Shown: in pieces, positions 15,484 to 22,347 of the stretch | How positions within the stretch are numbered: the stretch's first letter is position 1 | How the letters are laid out: each line of letters opens with the position of its first letter | Assembly: GCA_043810775.1 (NCBI GenBank) | Contig: JBDRNU010000005.1 | Span: 1-22,347 of the forward strand | Direction: 5' to 3' | Source: an archaeon | Lineage (GTDB): Archaea; Nanobdellota; Nanobdellia; Pacearchaeales; GW2011-AR1 | Length of the DNA stretch: 22,347 nucleotides | Translations under genes and position numbers: made by a program | Notes under the pieces: generated by a model | What the model saw: the letters and a program-made list of their open reading frames with translations, nothing else | What the model was told of the DNA's origin: nothing | Database searches by the model: none

Positions 15484-16110
15484 TTAAGCTGAACAAGCAC
15501 CACTAGCAGAAGTAGTTCCAACAGCTGGAGTAATTGTACATTTTGGATTGGCAGTATCACACTGAGCTGTTTCGCACTTACAAGGCAATGCTGTATTTGC
15601 AGCTGAACCGTCTGTAAATGCACAAGCTGAAACTATAGTAGCTGCAGTTCCAACACAACAAACATAATTATAAGAAATTATTCCCCAATTTTTATCAAAT
15701 ACCTTAGTATTATCTTCAGTTGTTCCTGAAGGGCAACTGCCTTTTTTTGCTGTTTCTCCAGTACACTTAACTTCATCTCCACAATCATTTTGATAATTAC
15801 ATGTAAAGGAACAGTCAGTAGGACGAACTCGGTCATCAGAAACGCATGTTGCAGTGATAGGATCTGCTTCTTTTGAAAATCTAACTTCTCTTGATGTGCA
15901 ACAATAAGTGTACTTTCCTGAAGTAGTGCAAGCATAAGAACAAGCCTGCTTAACTGAATCAACATTTACAGGTGAAAAATATCCGGAAATCTTGCCCCAT
16001 AAATTCCCCCACCCAGTCCCAAAACCCAAGGCAATAACAACAAGAACAATTATAGCTAACACTATTACCACTAGCGTACTAATAGTCATCTCTGCGCCTC
16101 TTTTATTCAT
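15484..16110 (-). CDS. Class III signal peptide (pilin-like) Cys-rich protein
   Basis: KRG/AEMTISTLVVIVLAIIVLVVIALGF; CSYAC..YTYCC paralogous to 15092-15406; TTTATAAA about 25 bp upstream. Confidence 0.85.
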   Translation of the reverse strand: MNKRGAEMTISTLVVIVLAIIVLVVIALGFGTGWGNLWGKISGYFSPVNVDSVKQACSYACTTSGKYTYCCTSREVRFSKEADPITATCVSDDRVRPTDCSFTCNYQNDCGDEVKCTGETAKKGSCPSGTTEDNTKVFDKNWGIISYNYVCCVGTAATIVSACAFTDGSAANTALPCKCETAQCDTANPKCTITPAVGTTSASGACSA

Positions 16111-16150
16111 TTAAGGAATAACAAAATATTATTTATAAACCTTTCTACAT

Positions 16151-16897
16151 CTACATCACAAAACTCAATTTAACAGACTCATACTTGCCATTAATTATAA
16201 ATTTCTTCTTGCTAGTAAGCTCAACTAAATTCCTGCCAGCAGAAACTGGCTTAACTTTTACATTAAAATTATCTAGCTTAGAAGAAATACATCCTCCTCT
16301 ATCACTCTCACTAATGCATCCCTTGCAAGCATAATAAATATCCTGAAAACTAGCTAATCCCATTTCACTCAAGCTAATCCCAACCCTGACATTAAGAGGA
16401 TAATTGCTCCAGTCTATTTTTACTCCCTGACTATCACTAATATAACCCTCAAACTTTCCCCCATCAGCCCTTACAATAATGCTATTTCCATCAACAGTAT
16501 ACTCCAAGTTATAGCTGTCCAGGCCATATAAAACAGCATCAGGCTTATTCAAGCTAGACTCAATCCTTGCCCTAAACTCTTCATTAATATTGCTGTTTAA
16601 ATTTTCAAAAATAATATATCCTATATCTTGTGCATTTCCTTGAGCATAAAAATTATCTCCAACCATACTCTTATAAGCATCAATAACTGCCTGTTCAGAT
16701 AAAAAATCAAGAGATAAAGCAAAATTCTGTTCTTGTGCAAAAACACTTGTCAAAACCCCATAATTAAAAGTCCTGTCTTCAAGCTTGCTTCCCTGAGTAA
16801 TAAAAATAAACAAAGCTGAAAAAAATACAAGAAGAACCCCAACTGTAAAAATCATAATTACAATTTCAAGTCCCCTCTTATCTCTTAACAAACCCAT
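16151..16897 (-). CDS. Class III signal peptide protein
   Basis: DKRG/LEIVIMIFTVGVLLVFF. Confidence 0.78.
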   Translation of the reverse strand: MGLLRDKRGLEIVIMIFTVGVLLVFFSALFIFITQGSKLEDRTFNYGVLTSVFAQEQNFALSLDFLSEQAVIDAYKSMVGDNFYAQGNAQDIGYIIFENLNSNINEEFRARIESSLNKPDAVLYGLDSYNLEYTVDGNSIIVRADGGKFEGYISDSQGVKIDWSNYPLNVRVGISLSEMGLASFQDIYYACKGCISESDRGGCISSKLDNFNVKVKPVSAGRNLVELTSKKKFIINGKYESVKLSFVM

Positions 16898-17565
16898 CTT
16901 TCTTTATACTCTATTTTAATTTTATTTCCATTATAATCAAGCTCAGCAATTGCAGAAGGCACCTCATTATAAAACCTGACTAATTCAGGCAAAGCCTGCA
17001 CTTCTGGATCTCCATTATCTAATCTATAAGTAAAAATCTCTCCAACATTATTTGAAGTAGCAAGTCCTTGTTTTCCTATTTTGTAAAAATGAGCAGTAGG
17101 AGTCTTAATATAATACTCTCTGCACTCATCATCTATCAAGCTCCTTATTGGAGTAACTACTCTAAATAAGTCATCTTTATTTACTCCAATTGAGGAAAGT
17201 TGCCTTTCATTCCATATTCCCAGCTTAAAAATATTATTCATATCAGAAATATCAGTCTGAAGACTTTGAATAGCCTCTTGCTTTAGTGTTGAGTCAGTAT
17301 AAGGAATAGCATTAAGAATTAACATGTCTTTTACTAGCACATTCTCACTTACACCATCACCATTAATATCATACTGCACACTAGTTCTCAGCAAGCTATC
17401 TAAAGTGTAAGAAAGGAAAAAATAAGAAATCTCCTCCCTGTCGCCTCCACCTATATTCAAAGCTAAAACCAATGCAATAAAAATAAATCCAACTGCTAAG
17501 ATTATAATTATTGAAGGTATCCAAGTTATCAAACTTTCAATCTGCGCTCTTTTATGTCTTAACAT
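16885..17565 (-). CDS. Class III signal peptide protein
   Basis: Likely start ATG 17565: MLRHKRA/QIESLITWIPSIIIILAV; contains DINGDG. Confidence 0.78.
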   Translation of the reverse strand: MLRHKRAQIESLITWIPSIIIILAVGFIFIALVLALNIGGGDREEISYFFLSYTLDSLLRTSVQYDINGDGVSENVLVKDMLILNAIPYTDSTLKQEAIQSLQTDISDMNNIFKLGIWNERQLSSIGVNKDDLFRVVTPIRSLIDDECREYYIKTPTAHFYKIGKQGLATSNNVGEIFTYRLDNGDPEVQALPELVRFYNEVPSAIAELDYNGNKIKIEYKERWVC

Positions 17566-18046
17566 TTTGTTCAGTCTTATAAACTCCTGAAATAATTTCA
17601 ATATCATTTAATTTATATCTAAAGCACTGAGGTAGCTTCTCATGGCTCTCACCAATTTGAATTCCAGCAAATTTCTTTCTTTTGCTTTCTTGCTGCAGCT
17701 CACAGTAAACTCCTCCCCCCTCATCCCCATAAATAATCTCACCACTAGGGGAAATAATCTTAATATAATATTCAGAATCTATAATAATCCCGCACTCTTT
17801 TCTTAGCAATACTAAATCCTGGCTAGCTAACCTATCCAACTTGCCAGTTAGCTTTCCATTATCAACTAAACAGTCATAGATTTTCAAAGAAAGAATCTGC
17901 GCCTCCAATCCTCTACTGTCAATTTCCTTGCTCCTTACAATAAAAACTCCCGCAACTAAAAAAAATGCCACCAATACAAACATTATAAACCACCAGATAA
18001 TAGTAATATCCTCAGCTCTCTTATCGCGAATAATTTCTCTAATCAT
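17552..18046 (-). CDS. Class III signal peptide protein
   Basis: DKRA/EDITIIWWFIMFVLVAFF; four Cys. Confidence 0.78.
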   Translation of the reverse strand: MIREIIRDKRAEDITIIWWFIMFVLVAFFLVAGVFIVRSKEIDSRGLEAQILSLKIYDCLVDNGKLTGKLDRLASQDLVLLRKECGIIIDSEYYIKIISPSGEIIYGDEGGGVYCELQQESKRKKFAGIQIGESHEKLPQCFRYKLNDIEIISGVYKTEQNVKT

Positions 18047-19058
18047 CTTTCAATTTAAAATCAGATTTAATATCATTAATTGGAATAGCATAAGCTCTGT
18101 TAGTGTCTCTCTGCTTGCCAAAAACCATTCCAACTACTTTATCTTCCTTAAACAATGGCGAACCACTATATCCCTCATTTATAGGAATACTAGTGCTGAT
18201 AATATACATCTCTTTTTCTATTCCCTGTTCTCCAATTATAACATTTACATTTCCAACCCCAGTTATCTTACCATCAATCCTGCTTATAGTTGTTGAATAT
18301 TCAGGAGTTCCTAAAATATAAACATCATTTCCAACCTGCAAGTCCCTTGAATTGCCTAATTCCAAAGCTTTCCCTGAAATTCTTCCATTGTCAATAAGAA
18401 CACTGTCTTTTTCTTGGTTATATTTCTCAATATTCCCTATTAAGATTCCATTATCTAAATCTCCACCATCTTCAATATAATAAAACTCATAAAGGCTTTT
18501 CTCAGCTACATGCCACGCGCTTACTATCTTAATTCCATCTTCGCTATTAACAAAAAAACCAGTTCCATAAGCTTTGTTTCCTGCTCCTAGCTTAAAAACA
18601 CTCTCATCAGCTTGCACCTCACTAGCACTAGGCACTTCAACACTACTCTGCTGAGCTAATAAATTAGGGTCAAACTCCCTATTAGCAACACTTAGCTTCA
18701 GATAATACTTGCTTCTATCTTTGTAAGTCAGCTCAGCCTTGACATCATTAAAAAAATCATAACTATATCCCTTGCCATTGCTCAGCTTAACATTTACCTT
18801 ATTTCCAATAATACTAATTTCAGGCTCAATTCCTCTTGCTCTCGCTAGGTAATTTCCTTTTTCAAAATTAATTGAAAATTCAGCTCCTGGCTCAGCAGAA
18901 TCAATAATTAAGGCTATTTGCTTTGCATAGCTTTTTTCCAATGTCAAGGCTCCAGAAAAAGCTCCTGCCATAAAATAAAATAATACTCCTAAAAACAAAG
19001 CTACCAGTATTAAGAATATAATCCTATATAATAAATCCTCACTGCTCCCTCTTTTCAT
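18039..19058 (-). CDS. Class III signal peptide protein fused to trypsin-like serine protease
   Basis: MKRG/SSEDLLYRIIFLILV; C-terminal GTGFFV, VSAWHV, DSVLI, GYSGSPL. Confidence 0.85.
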   Translation of the reverse strand: MKRGSSEDLLYRIIFLILVALFLGVLFYFMAGAFSGALTLEKSYAKQIALIIDSAEPGAEFSINFEKGNYLARARGIEPEISIIGNKVNVKLSNGKGYSYDFFNDVKAELTYKDRSKYYLKLSVANREFDPNLLAQQSSVEVPSASEVQADESVFKLGAGNKAYGTGFFVNSEDGIKIVSAWHVAEKSLYEFYYIEDGGDLDNGILIGNIEKYNQEKDSVLIDNGRISGKALELGNSRDLQVGNDVYILGTPEYSTTISRIDGKITGVGNVNVIIGEQGIEKEMYIISTSIPINEGYSGSPLFKEDKVVGMVFGKQRDTNRAYAIPINDIKSDFKLKDD

Positions 19059-19062
19059 TAAT

Positions 19063-19212
19063 ATACTAAATTTCCTTGCAATTTAAATTTAACTCTATCA
19101 TAAAGCTTAAATATCCTAGAATAATGCTAATTCTATCCTTGGGTAAAGAGTTCTGATATGAGTTAAAATGAATAGAAGGCAATTTTTAGGGAAAGCTGCA
19201 TTAGGAACAGCT
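19063..19212. repeat. Divergent promoter plus Tat-leader module, copy 1
   Basis: About 150 bp highly similar to 22168-22316, including TGCTAATTCTATCCTTGGGTAAAGAGTTCTGATA and GAGTTAAAATGAATAGAAGGCAATTTTTAGGGAA. Confidence 0.9.
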
Positions 19213-20925
19213 TATTTAATGACAGCAGGCGGAATCTTAATTCCTTCAACTGTAAAAGCCTCGCAAGAAGAGACTTTAAAAGCTGTAAAATTTGAACCAA
19301 GTTATTCTGAAGTTTTTGACCTTGAAGTCAGAAACATGCTCGGCAATCCTACTGGCGAGAAAATACCAGTGCAGGTTTCAAGCGGAATTGACAATAAGGC
19401 AATGTATATCTCTTTAAAACCTCTAGACCAAGAGCAAAAAGTAAGGGTAAATAAATTTACTAAGCTGGATTTAGTAACTCCAACTAGTATGCATTTGCAA
19501 TCAGCGCGTCTATTTCAAAATCTCCGTGCTTTTGGTATGCTAGGCGAGCCGCAATGGTACGAGCTAGCCTCTCAACCCTATCCAATAGCTCTTAGTGAAA
19601 TGCTTTTAATGATGGGAAAAAGCGAGCTTGATGTTCCTCGCTTATCTTCATGGGAATCTAGACTTCGCCAGTACAAAGAACAGCGGGAGCTATGGGGAGC
19701 TCAAGACCTGGAATTTATAATTGAAGATACAATGGAAAAATGTGGAAATAATACAGCTTACGAAAGATTCCTTTTTGGTGAAATCCGCGAGCTTGACGAG
19801 AAAATGAATCTCACTCTAGGAAACAGTGTCCAGGAAGTAATTAAAGTTAATTATCTGGGCGAGCTAGGTGACGCTCCAGCCTACGCTTTAATAAAAGCCT
19901 CATTTACACCACCTCACAAGTCAAGTCAAGCCGAGCTAGTTGAGCTTATTCCAATTGGCACTTCAGAGATTATTGAGAAGAATAAAGAAGCAATTAAAGC
20001 ATTAGATATTCAGCTTTCATCTTCAGCTCCTCCTGAAGGCAAGTCAAAAGTCAAGGGAATGAAGATGAGAATGGTTGGAGTGAAAACTGAGGAGGATATT
20101 GGTATAAGTAATATGTATCTTATACTAAATTATGATCCTCAATCAGGAAGATTTTTAGTAACTGGAAGTGATATTAAATATAATTTAGCTGACCGTTCAG
20201 TCTTAGATAGAGATCTTAATCTTATAAAATTAATTCCTTATCATAAAGGAGGAGTAACAACATTTCTTCTTCCAGGAGGAAATAAAGTTATCTCAACCTA
20301 TATTCCAACTTCAGGACAACCTGCTTCAATCCCAGGTATAAGCGCATATGACTTATTTGAATATGATTTGAATTCAGGAGCCACAAGAAAAATAAGTGAC
20401 ACAAACTGGGCAGCACAACAAGCTCATCCAGAAGATATTGATAGAAAAAATGTAGAAAGGAATTTCGAATACTATTTCAAAGGTCATAAATTACCTACTA
20501 CTAAAGTAGATGAGCAAATAGCTTATATGATAGAATCTCCAGATAGGAAGAAAATAATATTTGGCTATCAAGCTAATCCTCAATTCTCCCTTTATGATTC
20601 AGAAACAGGAAGGACTCTTGATTTTATGGCAAATGCCCCTTTAGATCGTGAAGAACCTAAATGGGCATATGATAGTGAACGATTCACTTACTCCCAACAA
20701 CTAGTCAGTGGAGGAGACAAATGGTACTCTATAATAGTTTCTGACTTGCAAGGAAATAATAGCTTATTATTCAGAGAAAAAGTTGAAGATTTAGAAAAAG
20801 CGATGAGAAACCAATTCATACCAGACGGAAATCCTGTAATTATTTCTGACACAGAGGCAGTTGGAATTGGATGGAATGCAAATAATGAACATGCAATAAT
20901 TAAGTACCAGCTTTCTTATGAGTAA
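19168..20925 (+). CDS. Twin-arginine-type signal protein with C-terminal TolB/PD40-like beta-propeller
   Basis: MNRRQFLGKAALG..VKA leader; SPDRKKIIF and PKWAYDSERFTY repeats. Confidence 0.72.
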   Translation: MNRRQFLGKAALGTAYLMTAGGILIPSTVKASQEETLKAVKFEPSYSEVFDLEVRNMLGNPTGEKIPVQVSSGIDNKAMYISLKPLDQEQKVRVNKFTKLDLVTPTSMHLQSARLFQNLRAFGMLGEPQWYELASQPYPIALSEMLLMMGKSELDVPRLSSWESRLRQYKEQRELWGAQDLEFIIEDTMEKCGNNTAYERFLFGEIRELDEKMNLTLGNSVQEVIKVNYLGELGDAPAYALIKASFTPPHKSSQAELVELIPIGTSEIIEKNKEAIKALDIQLSSSAPPEGKSKVKGMKMRMVGVKTEEDIGISNMYLILNYDPQSGRFLVTGSDIKYNLADRSVLDRDLNLIKLIPYHKGGVTTFLLPGGNKVISTYIPTSGQPASIPGISAYDLFEYDLNSGATRKISDTNWAAQQAHPEDIDRKNVERNFEYYFKGHKLPTTKVDEQIAYMIESPDRKKIIFGYQANPQFSLYDSETGRTLDFMANAPLDREEPKWAYDSERFTYSQQLVSGGDKWYSIIVSDLQGNNSLLFREKVEDLEKAMRNQFIPDGNPVIISDTEAVGIGWNANNEHAIIKYQLSYE

Positions 20926-21915
20926 TTAAGGAATAGACGCAAACTCAGTGCATTTTAAATTATTTAGTTCTTTAATATCAAATTTTACTAAAGCTGGTGG
21001 CTGGTAGCTATACTCTGAATTACCAATTTTATTATTATACCAAATAGCAATTCCTCCAGCAGCTAATACTGCTACTGGAGCTCCAACCACAGTTAAAGCT
21101 AAACCAGTAACTGCTACTGTACCAACTAATTCTTTAATATAACCAGGTTTAGCTAATTGGGAAACAATAACATAACCATTTTCATTATCTAAGTCAATCA
21201 TCCAATCATCAACATCAATTTTTCCATCATTATTCTCATCTTTAAGAGAGTTCTTATATTCAGAGTTTTCTTCTATAATCTTTTGTTGAGATTGCTTAGT
21301 CTCAAGCCAGCTGTTAACTCCTGGATAAATCTGGCTCAAGTAACTATTTTCTCTAGAGTCTTTTTTTTCTTGTAATGTATAAAATATCTGGCTATAGGGA
21401 ATATTGTCTATCTTATCCTGAACCTCGCTGTCAAATCCAATCCTGGAACAAATAACACAATAATTCTGGCTAGATATTTTCCCCTCGCCCCAATTCACCT
21501 TTCCCTCCCCCAAAGCCGAATTGCACTCATACATTGATTCTGCAATTTTCTCAAGTATCTTTCCCTGAACTTGCACATCATCACCGCTAACTTTCACTTC
21601 TTTAATAGGATTTTTACTAGTGCCAATCATCCCCTTGCATCCACCACCCCCCATTCCAATGCAGACTTTTTCTGTCTGGCAGGATATTGGAATATACTTT
21701 CCAGCATTTCCAGTCAAAAAATCAATTTGATTTAAAGTTCCCCTTAAGATAACAGAAAAATGACACCACCATCCATTTATTTGGTGCTCAAAGCCAAGAA
21801 AATACCAAAATCCAAGCAATACCAGAAAGCTAATAATCACAATAATCAAAGCTATCAGCTCATTCATAGTAAGCTGAACTCCTCCCCTTTTTGTTCCTAA
21901 TTTTCTTAGTTTCAT
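20926..21915 (-). CDS. Class III signal peptide protein, Cys-containing, with second hydrophobic segment
   Basis: TKRG/GVQLTMNELIALIIVII; CHFSVILR, MYECNSALGEG, YCVICS; DENNDGKIDVDD. Confidence 0.8.
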   Translation of the reverse strand: MKLRKLGTKRGGVQLTMNELIALIIVIISFLVLLGFWYFLGFEHQINGWWCHFSVILRGTLNQIDFLTGNAGKYIPISCQTEKVCIGMGGGGCKGMIGTSKNPIKEVKVSGDDVQVQGKILEKIAESMYECNSALGEGKVNWGEGKISSQNYCVICSRIGFDSEVQDKIDNIPYSQIFYTLQEKKDSRENSYLSQIYPGVNSWLETKQSQQKIIEENSEYKNSLKDENNDGKIDVDDWMIDLDNENGYVIVSQLAKPGYIKELVGTVAVTGLALTVVGAPVAVLAAGGIAIWYNNKIGNSEYSYQPPALVKFDIKELNNLKCTEFASIP

Positions 21916-22163
21916 CAGCTAGCACCCATTTTTTTAAACATTAAATAGACTCCTGCTAAAAAAGCTAAAAGTACAACTATTCCAATTAAAATCTCTATGA
22001 TAAGTTTATGCTCTTCATTAAGGCCTCTTTTCTCAGAAATTCTCAAATATTTGAATTTCTGACGATCTCGAAAATTAAATTTTCGATGACTACCAAAAAT
22101 TAATGAATTTTTGGAGCTGTCAAAAAAGTAACTAATAATCCTCTTCTTTTTTGAAGTGTTCAT
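21915..22163 (-). CDS. Mini pilin-like protein with palindromic element in its leader
   Basis: EKRG/LNEEHKLIIEILIGIVVLLAF; stop overlaps the next start by 1 bp; leader unusually long (about 47 aa). Confidence 0.65.
   Translation of the reverse strand: MNTSKKKRIISYFFDSSKNSLIFGSHRKFNFRDRQKFKYLRISEKRGLNEEHKLIIEILIGIVVLLAFLAGVYLMFKKMGAS
22031..22118. repeat. Three-hairpin palindromic module inside a CDS
   Basis: TCAGAAATTC/GAATTTCTGA, TCGAAAAT/ATTTTCGA, CCAAAAATT/AATTTTTGG; reverse complement matches linkers of 4784-4836. Confidence 0.85.
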
Positions 22164-22167
22164 CTAA

Positions 22168-22316
22168 ATACTAAATTTTCTTGCAATTTAAACTTATTGG
22201 ATAGTTAAGCTTAAATATCCTTAATTAGTGCTAATTCTATCCTTGGGTAAAGAGTTCTGATAAGAGTTAAAATGAATAGAAGGCAATTTTTAGGGAAGGT
22301 TGCATTAGGAACAGCT
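22168..22316. repeat. Divergent promoter plus Tat-leader module, copy 2
   Basis: Highly similar to 19063-19212. Confidence 0.9.
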
Positions 22317-22347
22317 GGACTTATTCTAGGTTGTAGTCCTAATCAAG
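22272..22347 (+). CDS. Twin-arginine-type lipoprotein, N-terminus (3' truncated)
   Basis: MNRRQFLGKVALGTAGLILGCSPNQ: RRxFL plus lipobox-like ILG-C. Confidence 0.75.
   Translation, partial: MNRRQFLGKVALGTAGLILGCSPNQ

Noticed and set aside
15678-18321. ORFs 15678-15965, 17928-18296, 18103-18321
   Set aside because: Alternative-frame or antisense overlaps of supported pilin-like genes

Overview
AT-rich, very compact archaeal genomic window (RadA, archaeal RPA, aEF-1beta, intron-containing tRNA, TATA-box promoters, many class III signal peptides). Gene content and style suggest a DPANN archaeon, most likely Pacearchaeota/Woesearchaeota-like; this is inference. In order: ndk 3' end, a membrane protein, tRNA-Arg(GCG) with a 12-nt intron followed by a duplicate of its 3' end, two Cys-rich surface proteins (one carrying a Methanosarcinales-type S-layer domain), two small membrane proteins bracketed by two copies of a nested-palindrome element, an HD protein, an unknown protein, a stand-alone CARF-HEPN (TIGR02710/Csm6-like) gene, an RPA-methyltransferase-hydrolase-DUF3419-radA run, EF-1beta, a degenerate HIT protein, and a prepilin peptidase with eight class III signal-peptide proteins (one fused to a trypsin-like protease), interrupted by duplicated divergent promoter/Tat-leader modules. 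The most unusual signals are (1) covarying multi-hairpin DNA modules that nest inside each other and sit in-frame in a pilin-like gene, (2) the apparently foreign S-layer domain, (3) the pilin-protease fusion and (4) the orphan CARF-HEPN nuclease. All family assignments come from motif recognition, not database searches.
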